Below, in pieces: positions 29,758 through 39,241 of a stretch of 42,226 nucleotides of DNA (positions are counted from its first letter, which is position 1; the number at the start of each line of letters is the position of its first letter). Source of the DNA: Faecousia sp. (lineage in GTDB: Bacteria > Bacillota > Clostridia > Oscillospirales > Oscillospiraceae); assembly GCA_045661025.1 (NCBI GenBank), contig JAZREX010000033.1, positions 1 through 42,226 of the forward strand. The letters are read 5' to 3'. Position numbers and translations under genes: made by a program. The notes under the pieces were generated by a model, which ran no database searches, had not been told where the DNA came from, and was given only the letters and a program-made list of their open reading frames with translations.

Positions 29758-30129
29758 TTGAAGATTGCAGTTACTTATGAAGCGGGCCAGGTCTACCAGC
29801 ATTTTGGACACTGCGCAGCATTTAAGATATATCAGATCGAACAGCACAATATCGTGTCATCTCAGATGGTGGACACCCAGGGGCAAGGGCATAGCGCATT
29901 GGCTGAATTCCTAAAAAACCATCAAGTTGATGTGCTGATCTGTGGCGGCATTGGGGGTTGTGCAAGATGTGCCTTGGATGCGGCCGGGATTCAGATATAC
30001 GGTGGTGTCAGCGGTGATGTAGAGGATGCAGTTGTGGATTTTCTGGCAGGGGATTTACGATTTGATCCCCATGCTTCTTGTAGCCACCATTCAGGTAGCC
30101 ATACTTGTGGCGGGCATACTTGCCAATAA
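29758..30129 (+). CDS. NifB/NifX (dinitrogenase FeMo-cofactor biosynthesis) family protein
   Basis: MKIAV...QHFGH...F.IY, VDVLICGGIG, Cys/His-rich tail. TTG start after AAAGGAG. Confidence 0.88.
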   Translation: MKIAVTYEAGQVYQHFGHCAAFKIYQIEQHNIVSSQMVDTQGQGHSALAEFLKNHQVDVLICGGIGGCARCALDAAGIQIYGGVSGDVEDAVVDFLAGDLRFDPHASCSHHSGSHTCGGHTCQ

Positions 30130-30143
30130 GGAGAATAGTGCTT

Positions 30144-30698
30144 ATGAAGAACAGTCGGCTTTGGAAGCTGTTTTTGACATTTTTTAAAATCGGCGCATTT
30201 ACTTTTGGCGGCGGTTACGCTATGATCCCGTTGATCCAAAAGGAAGCGGTGGAGACCAACGGTTGGATCACAGATGATGATATTTTAGAGATCATCGCCA
30301 TTGCAGAATCTACCCCTGGACCGATAGCCATCAATTCTGCTACTTTTGTAGGTTATCGTACCGCTGGGGTGTTGGGCGCTGCCTGCGCCACCTTTGGTGT
30401 GGTGCTGCCCAGCTTTGTGGTGATTTTGGTTATTTCTTATGTACTGCGTGAATTTGCCCAAGTGGCTGCGGTGCAGTATGCCTTTAACGGCATTCGCGCC
30501 GGCGTGTTGGCACTATTGTTCAAGGCGCTGTTTACCATGTACAAAAAAGCCCCCAAGGGATGGGTGTCTTATGTAGTTATGGCTGGCGCATTTGTTGCCA
30601 CTGCGTTTTTGAACCTTCCGGTGCTTGCTGTGATTGTTGGCTGCGCTGTGTTTGGGCTGGTGACGGCTGTGATGGCAGATAGGAGGCAGGCAAAATGA
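30144..30698 (+). CDS. Chromate transporter (short-chain CHR, subunit 1)
   Basis: KIGAFTFGGGYAMIP, ESTPGPIAINSATFVG. Start moved to ATG 30144 after AAGGAG. Confidence 0.92.
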   Translation: MKNSRLWKLFLTFFKIGAFTFGGGYAMIPLIQKEAVETNGWITDDDILEIIAIAESTPGPIAINSATFVGYRTAGVLGAACATFGVVLPSFVVILVISYVLREFAQVAAVQYAFNGIRAGVLALLFKALFTMYKKAPKGWVSYVVMAGAFVATAFLNLPVLAVIVGCAVFGLVTAVMADRRQAK

Positions 30699-31264
30699 TT
30701 TATTTAGAGTTGTTTTGGACCTTTTTGACCATTGGCGCGTTCACCTTTGGCGGCGGCTATGCCATGCTGCCGCTGATCCAGGAATCGGTTGCAAGTCAAT
30801 GGGGCGATGTGATCTCTCAAGAAATGATGATCAACTTTGTGGCAGTTAGCGAGTCTACCCCCGGGCCGTTTGCTATCAATATGGCAACCTATGTCGGTTC
30901 GACGATGGGTGGTGTGTTGGGCTCTGTCTGCGCTACATTGGGTGTTGTTTTGCCCAGCTTTGTGATCATTTTGATTGTAGCAAAATGCTATGACCGCTTC
31001 CGTGAGAACAAAATTGTCAAAGGCTGTATGACCGGGCTGAAGCCTGCGGTGGTTGGCTTGATCGCCAATGCGGTATTAGGCGTACTGATGACGGTTTTCT
31101 TCCCGGCAGGTATTTCTATGGCGGTTTTCACTAACATTAGCTTTTATTTGTATGCGGCTCTGTTTGGTGTAATGCTGGTTCTGGCATTTAAAAAGGTGCA
31201 TCCCATTGCCATTATTTGCCTCTCTGCGGTGGTAGGCATTGTCATCGGTTATTTGGGGCTATAA
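30695..31264 (+). CDS. Chromate transporter (short-chain CHR, subunit 2)
   Basis: IGAFTFGGGYAMLP, ESTPGPFAINMATYVG. Confidence 0.92.
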   Translation: MIYLELFWTFLTIGAFTFGGGYAMLPLIQESVASQWGDVISQEMMINFVAVSESTPGPFAINMATYVGSTMGGVLGSVCATLGVVLPSFVIILIVAKCYDRFRENKIVKGCMTGLKPAVVGLIANAVLGVLMTVFFPAGISMAVFTNISFYLYAALFGVMLVLAFKKVHPIAIICLSAVVGIVIGYLGL

Positions 31265-31266
31265 GT

Positions 31267-31296
31267 AAACGGCAGATCTTCGGATCTGCCGTTTTT
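31267..31296 (+). terminator. Intrinsic terminator
   Basis: AAACGGCAGATC-TTCG-GATCTGCCGTTTTT. Confidence 0.88.
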
Positions 31297-31388
31297 CATT
31301 GCTACTTGCAAAAAGTGCAAGTTTGGTATAATATAGGATAATATATAAGTGTTTATATTCGTCGACGACATGGAAGGGATGTGCTGTT

Positions 31389-32768
31389 TTGGATTCTGCT
31401 GCAAAGAAAAGAGCATGGAAAAGAAAATTGTCAATGGCCACCCTGAGCACCACCCGTGTGATTGCCTTGGCGTTTTTGGGGATCATCCTGCTGGGAACGC
31501 TTCTGTTGATGCTGCCCATTGCCTCCCGCAGCGGAGTATCCTTGGGATTCCGTACTGCATTATTTACAGCCACCTCGTCAACTTGTGTTACCGGACTGGT
31601 GAAGGGGGATACCTGGTCTATGTGGTCCGGCTTCGGTCAGGTGGTCATCATCAGTTTGATTGAAATTGGCGGCTTGGGCTTTATGTCTATGGCTTCCACA
31701 GTTGTTTTTTTGCTAAAAAGAAAGGTTGGCTTACGGCAGCGGATGATTATGGCGCAGGCTATGAGCTTAAATGAGACACAAGGTGTTGTGCGGCTGCAAA
31801 AGTGGGCGCTATGTGGCAGTTTGCTGATCCAGCTTTGCGGTGCTTTGGTGCTGTTTGTTCGTTTTTTGCCGGATTACGGCGTAAAACAATCGGTTATTTG
31901 GGGCGTTTTTCATGCGATTTCTGCATTTTGCAACGCCGGATTTGATATTTTCGGTTCTATCACACCCGATGCCAGCGTGGCAGTGTTTCAAAATGACCCG
32001 GTGGTCTTATGTACTTTGGCTGCCCTGATCATTGTTGGCGGCTTGGGCTTCTTTGTTTGGGAAGAGGTCGTACGGGTGCGAAAGTTTAAGGATTTCAGCG
32101 TGTATACAAAGTTGGTGCTGATCATGTCAGGGTGTTTACTGGTATTGGGTGCAGTGTTGATTTTGGCGCTGGAATGGAACAATTCTCAGACTTTGGGGAA
32201 TATGCCTGTTTGGCAGAAGATCCTCAATGCAGTATTCCAGTCAGCATCTTTACGGACAGCGGGATTTGCATCCATTGATCAGGCAGCCTTGACCGATGGC
32301 GGCAAGGCAGTAAGTATCCTTTGGATGATGATTGGCGGCTCTTCCGGCTCTACCGCTGGCGGTGTGAAGACAGTTACATTTTTGGTGCTGTTACTGTTTA
32401 TTTGGACCCGGATTCGCAACCGACACACTGTGCATGTATTTAAGCGGACGATTCCCAACGAAAAGGTTGTGGATGCTATGACCATTGTTTCTATTGTTGT
32501 TGGTCTGGCCATTGGCGGCGCGGTATTTATCTGCGCTACATCCCCGGTAAGTCTTACAAACGCATTATTCGAAACAGCTTCTGCATTGGGAACGGTTGGT
32601 TTAACTGCCGGTACTACCAGACTTTTGAGTGTTCCGGCCCAGTATATGGTCATCTTGTTTATGTATTTCGGAAGGGTCGGTGTGCTGACCATCAGCCTTG
32701 GCTTCCTGATGGGAGATAGGGCAGAGGACCGGTTCCGCTATGCCCACACGAATTTATTGATTGGATAA
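31389..32768 (+). CDS. TrkH/KtrB family potassium uptake membrane subunit
   Basis: Pore motifs TSSTCVTGL, SAFCNAGF, LRTAGF, SALGTVGL and MYFGRVG. Start uncertain (TTG). Confidence 0.92.
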   Translation: MDSAAKKRAWKRKLSMATLSTTRVIALAFLGIILLGTLLLMLPIASRSGVSLGFRTALFTATSSTCVTGLVKGDTWSMWSGFGQVVIISLIEIGGLGFMSMASTVVFLLKRKVGLRQRMIMAQAMSLNETQGVVRLQKWALCGSLLIQLCGALVLFVRFLPDYGVKQSVIWGVFHAISAFCNAGFDIFGSITPDASVAVFQNDPVVLCTLAALIIVGGLGFFVWEEVVRVRKFKDFSVYTKLVLIMSGCLLVLGAVLILALEWNNSQTLGNMPVWQKILNAVFQSASLRTAGFASIDQAALTDGGKAVSILWMMIGGSSGSTAGGVKTVTFLVLLLFIWTRIRNRHTVHVFKRTIPNEKVVDAMTIVSIVVGLAIGGAVFICATSPVSLTNALFETASALGTVGLTAGTTRLLSVPAQYMVILFMYFGRVGVLTISLGFLMGDRAEDRFRYAHTNLLIG

Positions 32769-32779
32769 GGAGTAAGTAT

Positions 32780-33427
32780 ATGAAATCCTTTGTTGTAATC
32801 GGTTTGGGCCGTTTTGGCAGTGAAGTTGCCCAGCAGTTGTGCGCCCAGGGCCGGGAGGTACTGGCCATTGATGTCCATCACGACTTGGTGCAGCACATTA
32901 GCGATAAAGTGACCCAGGCTGTGGTGGCAGATGCCCGGGATATAGGTGTATTGCGGGCAGTTGGTGTTCACGAATTTGACTGCGCCATTGTGGCCATTGG
33001 CGGAAATCTGGCAGATTCTGTCCTGGCAACCATGCATTTAAAGGAGCTGGGCGTGCCTTTTGTGGTGTGCAAAGCTCACGATGAAGTGCACAAACAGGTG
33101 CTTTTGAAGCTGGGGGCTGACCGGGTGGTGATCCCGGAGAAAGAAAACGCAATCCGGCTGGCCAAAAGCCTGTCCAGCACCAATGTGCTGGACTATATCG
33201 AGCTTTCTGATGACTATGGTATTATAGAAATGCCTGCCCCCAAAACCTGGTGTCAAAAAAGTTTAATTGAATTGAACATCCGGGCAAAATTGGGTGTAAA
33301 CATTATTGGCATTAAGCGGCAAGGCGAGATCACCATCTCGCCAGCAGCCGATTTCCGCATTCTGGAAGGTGATGTTTTGGTAGTGCTGGGCAGCACTGAG
33401 GCGTTAAATATGGTGCAGAAGCTGTGA
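32780..33427 (+). CDS. TrkA/KtrA family potassium uptake regulatory subunit
   Basis: VIGLGRFG, LGADRVVIPEKE, C-terminal RCK_C domain. Confidence 0.93.
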   Translation: MKSFVVIGLGRFGSEVAQQLCAQGREVLAIDVHHDLVQHISDKVTQAVVADARDIGVLRAVGVHEFDCAIVAIGGNLADSVLATMHLKELGVPFVVCKAHDEVHKQVLLKLGADRVVIPEKENAIRLAKSLSSTNVLDYIELSDDYGIIEMPAPKTWCQKSLIELNIRAKLGVNIIGIKRQGEITISPAADFRILEGDVLVVLGSTEALNMVQKL

Positions 33428-34170
33428 TGGAAACAAGAATTACTTCCCGAAAGAATCCATTCCTGCAACAGGTGCGAAAGCTTCTGTCTTCCAAAAAGGA
33501 ACGGCAGAGTACCGGTCTGTTTGTTTGTGATGGCACAAAGCTTTTGCAGGAGGCAGTGCGTTGGTATCCCGGTTTGGATACGGTGATCCTGGCCGATGGG
33601 GTGGAAGTGGAGCTGCCTGACCATGTGAAGGTGGTGCGTGTGCCTAAAGATGTGATGGCAGATATTTCTCCCATGGAAACGCCCCAGGGCGCGCTGTTTT
33701 TATGTCGACTTCCGGAAAACAGTGACTTTACGCCCCAGCCCGGTATGTTGCTTTTAGACGGCATCCAGGACCCCGGTAACTTAGGCACGATTTTGCGCAC
33801 TGCAGATGCTTTGGAAATTCCTGTGGCGTTATTGGAAGGCTGTGCCGATCCATATAGTCACAAGGTGGTAAGAGCTTCTATGGGCGCGGTATTCCGCAGC
33901 CCGGTGCAGCAGACCACTTGGCAGACTGCTTATGCTGCTTGCCAGACTAAGGGCATCCCAGTTGCTGTAACAGCCCTTACCGACAAGGCGGTGGATATCC
34001 GCAGCGCCCAGCTGGGGAAAATGGCGGTGGTCATCGGCAGCGAGGGGCAGGGTGTCCGTAAGGAGATCTTAGAAGCTGCGCAGCAGCCCTTGATCATTCC
34101 TATGAACCCCAAATGCGAATCCTTAAATGCGGCCATTGCGGCGGCCATTGTGATGTGGCAGATGAAATAA
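33427..34170 (+). CDS. TrmH/SpoU family RNA methyltransferase
   Basis: ITSRKNP, TPQG, QDPGNLGTILRTA, GSEGQG, ESLNAAIA. Start is ATG 33427 or GTG 33424. Confidence 0.9.
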   Translation: METRITSRKNPFLQQVRKLLSSKKERQSTGLFVCDGTKLLQEAVRWYPGLDTVILADGVEVELPDHVKVVRVPKDVMADISPMETPQGALFLCRLPENSDFTPQPGMLLLDGIQDPGNLGTILRTADALEIPVALLEGCADPYSHKVVRASMGAVFRSPVQQTTWQTAYAACQTKGIPVAVTALTDKAVDIRSAQLGKMAVVIGSEGQGVRKEILEAAQQPLIIPMNPKCESLNAAIAAAIVMWQMK

Positions 34171-34191
34171 AGACAGAAATGCGGTGATCTT

Positions 34192-35409
34192 ATGCGGCGC
34201 TACTGGATATGGTATCATATGGTACAGGGGATACCCTCTGGAAAAAAGCGAATGCTTTTAAGGTGTTTTCCTGATGTCCGGGCGTTGTATGAAAACCGCA
34301 ATACAAAGATTTCCGGTTTTGAAAAGGAAATGCAGCTGCTTTCCCAAGGGGGTTCTTTGGAGCAATCTGTGGCGATGACGCGCAGATGGGAGCAGGCAGG
34401 GATCTGCACATTGACACCTGCAGACCATAACTATCCGGAAAAACTGAAGGTGCTGTCAGATCCGCCTTTGACCTTATTTTATATGGGTACTTTGCCGGAT
34501 TTTTCTGCATGTCCCGGGATTGGTATCATAGGGACCCGTAAAGCCGATGCCTATGGTTTGCGGATCGCCAGAAAGCTGGCAGGGGAGATTGCTGCCTGTG
34601 GCGGCTTGGTGATCTCCGGCGGCGCGGCGGGGATTGATACCCAGGCGCTGGAAGGTGCGTTAGAGGTAGGGAAGCCGGTAGTGGCGGTGCTGGGCACTGG
34701 CGTGGATGTTGCCTATCCTGCTGAAAACCGGAAGCTGTTTTCTCTCATTACCCAAAAAGGCTGTTTGATGTCAGAGTATCTTCCGGGCACGCAGGGAAAA
34801 CCCTGGCAATTTCCGGAGCGAAACCGGATCGTTAGCGCTCTGTCGGATGGGGTGCTGGTGGTGCAGGCACCGGAAAAAAGCGGCGCTATGATCACCGCCC
34901 GGATGGCTCTGGAGCAGAACAAAGATGTTTATGTAGTGCCCGGCAATATTGATGTAGCTGCTAACAGCGGCAGCAATGCGCTGCTGGAACAGGGCGCTGT
35001 GCCAGCCTTTTCCGGTTGGGGCGTGATGCGCGATTATGAGAGCCGGTATTCTGGGGCGGTTGCCCAGCGGCAGCCCCAATGGAAAAGGGTATCTGTAGAG
35101 AAGGAACAATCTGTTCCGGAACAAAAACAGGAAGAAAAAAACGGCCTATACAATATAAATAAGAAAAAAGCCGTTGACAATCCGGTCAATAAATCTTATA
35201 GTGTCATGGAAACCCGGGCAAGGGAACTATCCGAAGCAGAACAGCAAGTGTTGTCTGTTTTGTCGGATACTCCTATTCACCAAGACTTTTTGGCAGATAA
35301 GCTGGAAATGTCTGCTGTGCAGCTAATGGGTGTGGTGACCAAGCTGGCCATGGCAAATCTGGTCAGCGTTTACCCCGGAAAAATGATTGCCTTGAAGAAA
35401 GGCGAATAG
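34192..35409 (+). CDS. dprA: DNA-processing protein DprA
   Basis: YPEKL...DPP, IIGTR, SGGAAGID, FPERNRIVSALS, SGAMITA, VPGNI. Directly upstream of topA. Confidence 0.95.
   Translation: MRRYWIWYHMVQGIPSGKKRMLLRCFPDVRALYENRNTKISGFEKEMQLLSQGGSLEQSVAMTRRWEQAGICTLTPADHNYPEKLKVLSDPPLTLFYMGTLPDFSACPGIGIIGTRKADAYGLRIARKLAGEIAACGGLVISGGAAGIDTQALEGALEVGKPVVAVLGTGVDVAYPAENRKLFSLITQKGCLMSEYLPGTQGKPWQFPERNRIVSALSDGVLVVQAPEKSGAMITARMALEQNKDVYVVPGNIDVAANSGSNALLEQGAVPAFSGWGVMRDYESRYSGAVAQRQPQWKRVSVEKEQSVPEQKQEEKNGLYNINKKKAVDNPVNKSYSVMETRARELSEAEQQVLSVLSDTPIHQDFLADKLEMSAVQLMGVVTKLAMANLVSVYPGKMIALKKGE
35174..35202 (+). promoter_or_regulatory. SigA promoter inside dprA, probably driving topA-trmFO
   Basis: TTGACA-17 bp-TATAGT with an A-rich UP element in the dprA linker-coding region. 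Confidence 0.7.
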
Positions 35410-35430
35410 CGAATGGCTAATGGAGGAACT

Positions 35431-37656
35431 ATGGCAACAAAGACCAATCTGGTAATTGTGGAGTCTCCGTCTAAGGCGAAGACTATTGGTAAATATTTAG
35501 GACCTGAGTATATCGTTAAGGCCAGCATGGGCCACCTGCGGGATCTGCCCAAAAGCACCCTTGGCATCGATATTGAAAATAACTTTGCTCCGGAATACAT
35601 CCCCTTGGAGAACAAGGCGGATGTGATTGCGGATCTAAAGAAGGCAGCAAAGCAGGCAGAAAAAGTCTACCTGGCAACTGACCCGGACCGTGAGGGTGAG
35701 GCCATCTCCTGGCATTTGAAAGAGCTGTTAAAGCTGCCGGAAGAGAAGACCTATCGGGTTACATTCAATGAAATTACCCAAAATGTGGTAAAGCAATCCA
35801 TTGCCGATCCCAGAGCTATCGATTACAGTCTGGTAGATGCCCAGCAGGCACGACGGTTGTTGGATCGGATCGTAGGCTATCAGCTCTCTCCGGTGCTGTG
35901 GAAAAAGGTGCGCCGAGGTCTGTCTGCAGGTCGTGTGCAGTCTGTGGCCACCCGTTTGGTGGTGGACAGAGAGCAGGAGATCCGTCAGTTTGTACCCCGG
36001 GAGTACTGGACCTTGGAGGCGAAGCTGAACTTAACAGGAAAGCCTGGTTCTTTTGTTGCCCGTTACCACGGGGAGACCAAAAAGCGGGAGCTTGAAAATA
36101 TAGAACAGGTAGAAGCAGTGATTCGGGATGTCACCGGCAAGGAATTTGTGGTAACCAATGTAAAACGGGCACAGAAGAAGCGTACGGCAGCGCCTCCGTT
36201 CACCACATCTACCTTGCAGCAGGAGGCCTCCCGGAAGCTGAATATGACCCCCAAACGCACCATGGCCATTGCCCAGCAGCTGTATGAAGGCGTGGATGTG
36301 GCGGGAGAGGGCACTTTGGGTTTGATTACCTACATGCGTACCGACTCTCTGCGTTTAAGTGATGAAGCCATGGCTGCTGCCGCCAGATTTATTGAAAACC
36401 GTTACGGCAAGCAGTATTGTTACGGTAAGTTCCATGTCTTTAAGACAAAGGCTGGGGCCCAGGATGCCCACGAGGCCATTCGTCCGACCCATGTGGAGTT
36501 AGACCCTGAGAAGATCCAAAACAGCTTGACAAAGGATCAGTATCGGCTCTATAAGCTAATCTGGAGCCGTTTCCTGGCATCCCAGATGGCCAATGCCGAG
36601 TATGATACCGTAGCCATTGACACCGCCTGTGGCGGTCACATCTTCCGCTCTACCCACCAGAGCCTGCGTTTTGCCGGCTTTATTGCCGTCTACGAAGAGG
36701 GCAAGGATGAGGAGAGCGAGGAATTGGGAGCAGCTTTGCCTGATCTGCAGGTTGGCGATACAGCCAACGCCTGGGATCTGGTAAAGGAACAGCATTTCAC
36801 CCAGCCGCCTGCCCGTTATACGGAGGCTACCTTGGTAAAGGCCATGGAAGAAAAGGGTGTTGGCCGTCCTTCTACCTATGCAGGTATTGTGTCTACCATT
36901 CAAGATCGGGAATATGTGAATAAAGTAGATAAGCGTCTGGTGCCCACCGCCCTGGGCGAAGTGGTCAACGGACTAATGATGGAGCGTTTCCAGGATATCA
37001 TTGATGTGGAATTTACCGCAGGTATGGAAAATCGTCTGGACGCGGTGGAATCCGGCACGCAGGATTGGAAAGCGGTTTTGGCAGATTTCTATCAGGGCTT
37101 CCATCAGCAGTTGGAGGATGCAGAAAATGCTTTGGATGGGGTGCGGCTGAAAGTGCCCGAAGAGGTCACAGAGGAGATCTGTGAAGAGTGCGGACGGAAT
37201 ATGGTGATCAAATTCGGCCGCTTTGGAAAGTTTTTGGCTTGCCCGGGCTTCCCTGAGTGCACAAACACCAAACCCATTGTTGAGAAAATGCCCGGCCGTT
37301 GTCCCAAGTGCGGCAGCACTATCTTAAAGCGGAAGTCCAAGCGCGGCTATGCTTACTACGCTTGTGAACGGGGCGCAGACTGCGGCTTCATGAGTTGGGA
37401 TGTTCCCACCGCAGAGGATTGCCCCACCTGTGGACAGACCCTGTTTAAAAAGTCCGGCAGAGGTCGGATGAAGCCTTTCTGTATCAACGAAACCTGTCCT
37501 AACTTTTTGCCTGAGGACAAGCGGGGATATTACAAGAAGGCAGAAAAGACAGAGCAGGAGGCAGATGCTGAGCAGAAGACTGCTAAGAAAGCAGCCTCCA
37601 AAAAGACAACTGCCGGAAAGTCCGCCAAGAAGAAAACAGGGGGCAAAAAGGCATGA
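35431..37656 (+). CDS. topA: DNA topoisomerase I
   Basis: IVESPSKAKTI, ATDPDREGEAI, SAGRVQS, ITYMRTDS, C-terminal Zn ribbons. Start ATG 35431 after GGAGGA. Confidence 0.97.
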   Translation: MATKTNLVIVESPSKAKTIGKYLGPEYIVKASMGHLRDLPKSTLGIDIENNFAPEYIPLENKADVIADLKKAAKQAEKVYLATDPDREGEAISWHLKELLKLPEEKTYRVTFNEITQNVVKQSIADPRAIDYSLVDAQQARRLLDRIVGYQLSPVLWKKVRRGLSAGRVQSVATRLVVDREQEIRQFVPREYWTLEAKLNLTGKPGSFVARYHGETKKRELENIEQVEAVIRDVTGKEFVVTNVKRAQKKRTAAPPFTTSTLQQEASRKLNMTPKRTMAIAQQLYEGVDVAGEGTLGLITYMRTDSLRLSDEAMAAAARFIENRYGKQYCYGKFHVFKTKAGAQDAHEAIRPTHVELDPEKIQNSLTKDQYRLYKLIWSRFLASQMANAEYDTVAIDTACGGHIFRSTHQSLRFAGFIAVYEEGKDEESEELGAALPDLQVGDTANAWDLVKEQHFTQPPARYTEATLVKAMEEKGVGRPSTYAGIVSTIQDREYVNKVDKRLVPTALGEVVNGLMMERFQDIIDVEFTAGMENRLDAVESGTQDWKAVLADFYQGFHQQLEDAENALDGVRLKVPEEVTEEICEECGRNMVIKFGRFGKFLACPGFPECTNTKPIVEKMPGRCPKCGSTILKRKSKRGYAYYACERGADCGFMSWDVPTAEDCPTCGQTLFKKSGRGRMKPFCINETCPNFLPEDKRGYYKKAEKTEQEADAEQKTAKKAASKKTTAGKSAKKKTGGKKA

Positions 37657-38957
37657 ATAAAGTAACAGTTGTTGGCGCTGGCCTGGCAGGCTGTGAGGCA
37701 GCGTGGCAGTTGGCAAACCGGGGTGTTCAAGTTGAACTGATCGAAATGAAGCCGGTGAAAAAATCCCCTGCCCACCATGTAGATACCTTTGCAGAGCTGG
37801 TTTGCTCCAACTCCCTGCGGGGGGATCGGCTGGAAAATGCCGTGGGCCTTTTGAAAGAGGAAATGCGCCGCATGGGCAGCCTGATCATTGCCTGTGCGGA
37901 TCAGACCCGGGTGGAGGCAGGCGGTTGCCTTGCGGTGGACCGGCAGGGCTTTTCTGACCTGGTGACCGAAAAGATCCGTAACCACCCCAATATTACCGTT
38001 ACCGCCAAAGAGGTGGTAACGATGCCGGAAGGTCCGGTGATCGTTGCAACCGGCCCGTTGACATCCGATGCTTTCTCGAAAGCCATCGGGGAATATTTCG
38101 GCAGCGATTATCTGCATTTCTTTGATGCTGCTGCCCCTCTGGTGACAGCGGAATCTGTGGATATGACCAAGGCATGGTGGCAAAGTCGCTATGACCGGGG
38201 AACACCGGATTATATCAACTGCGCCATGAACAAAGAGGAGTACGAAGCCTTTTTGGATGCGCTGATTTCTGCGGAGGAAGCCGAGGTACACGGCTTTGAA
38301 GACAAGAAGGTCTTTGAAGGCTGTATGCCTGTAGAGGTCATGGCCCGCCGCGGTCGGGACACTTTGCGGTTTGGCCCGTTAAAGCCGGTGGGCTTGGTAG
38401 ATCCCAACACCGGAAAAGAACCCTACGCCGTGGTGCAGCTGCGGCAGGACAATGCGGTCAAGAGTGTGTTTAATATGGTGGGTTTCCAGACCCATTTGAA
38501 ATTCCCGGAACAAAGAAAAGTGTTTACCATGATCCCGGCGCTGAAGAATGCGGAGTTTGTCCGCTACGGCGTGATGCACCGCAATACTTTCCTGCGGTCT
38601 CCTAAACTGCTGGATCGGTACTACGCCGACCGGAGAAACCCTCTGGTGGCTTTTGCTGGACAGATGACAGGCGTGGAGGGTTATGTGGAAAGTGCTGCCT
38701 CGGGCTTCCTGGCGGCTGTGGCGATGGCTGCTAAGGTGGACGGGAGAGAAATTCCTCAGTTCCCCAAGGAGACAGCGATTGGTGCTCTGGGATTGTACAT
38801 TAGCGATGAGCGGATCGAAAACTTCCAGCCCATGAATATCAATTTTAGTATCGTTGCTCCCCTGGAGCAGCGTATCCGGAAAAAGGCGGAGAAAAATTTG
38901 GCGATTGCCAATCGTTCTCTGGAGATCATTGACAAGATGATCGCCCAGGGGATTTAG
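37653..38957 (+). CDS. trmFO: Folate-dependent tRNA m5U54 methyltransferase TrmFO
   Basis: GAGLAGCEAAWQ, AELVCSNS, FEGCMPVE, RYGVMHRN, AGQMTGVEGY. Confidence 0.96.
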   Translation: MNKVTVVGAGLAGCEAAWQLANRGVQVELIEMKPVKKSPAHHVDTFAELVCSNSLRGDRLENAVGLLKEEMRRMGSLIIACADQTRVEAGGCLAVDRQGFSDLVTEKIRNHPNITVTAKEVVTMPEGPVIVATGPLTSDAFSKAIGEYFGSDYLHFFDAAAPLVTAESVDMTKAWWQSRYDRGTPDYINCAMNKEEYEAFLDALISAEEAEVHGFEDKKVFEGCMPVEVMARRGRDTLRFGPLKPVGLVDPNTGKEPYAVVQLRQDNAVKSVFNMVGFQTHLKFPEQRKVFTMIPALKNAEFVRYGVMHRNTFLRSPKLLDRYYADRRNPLVAFAGQMTGVEGYVESAASGFLAAVAMAAKVDGREIPQFPKETAIGALGLYISDERIENFQPMNINFSIVAPLEQRIRKKAEKNLAIANRSLEIIDKMIAQGI

Positions 38958-39223
38958 CCTGAACAATATAATCCGAACCCGTTTCTGAACCGTTGGGTTG
39001 CCCTGCTGCATTGTTGCCGCTTTTTGAAGGGCGATGCCCATCTGCAAAGCGTCGCCTTGCCTCAGAACAACCCAGCGGCTCAGAAATCTACGACCCAAGG
39101 GGGATGGATGATCGGTTCATGCGATGTTTTAAGAAGCAGATGGGCTGACCCCATCAATGAGTAAAAGGAAGCCTGAACCAATTAGACGCACACTTGGGCG
39201 GGTTTGGATTATATTGTTCAGGC
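38957..39223. mobile_element. MITE-like non-autonomous element (267 bp, 25-bp TIRs, flanking TA)
   Basis: GCCTGAACAATATAATCCGAACCCG (38957-38981) and CGGGTTTGGATTATATTGTTCAGGC (39199-39223), one mismatch. TA on both sides. No credible CDS inside. Confidence 0.75.
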
Positions 39224-39241
39224 TAAGAAAGAAGGGACGAT

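Noticed and set aside
29758-30129. Nitrogen fixation gene
   Set aside because: Stand-alone NifB/NifX-family proteins are widespread in non-diazotrophs, and no nifHDK is here.
31300-31388. c-di-AMP (ydaO) riboswitch upstream of the K+ transporter
   Set aside because: The leader is too short and AT-rich and lacks the conserved motifs.
38379-39098. 239-aa minus ORF starting inside the MITE-like element as a transposase
   Set aside because: Mostly antisense to trmFO, with no DDE/HUH motifs.
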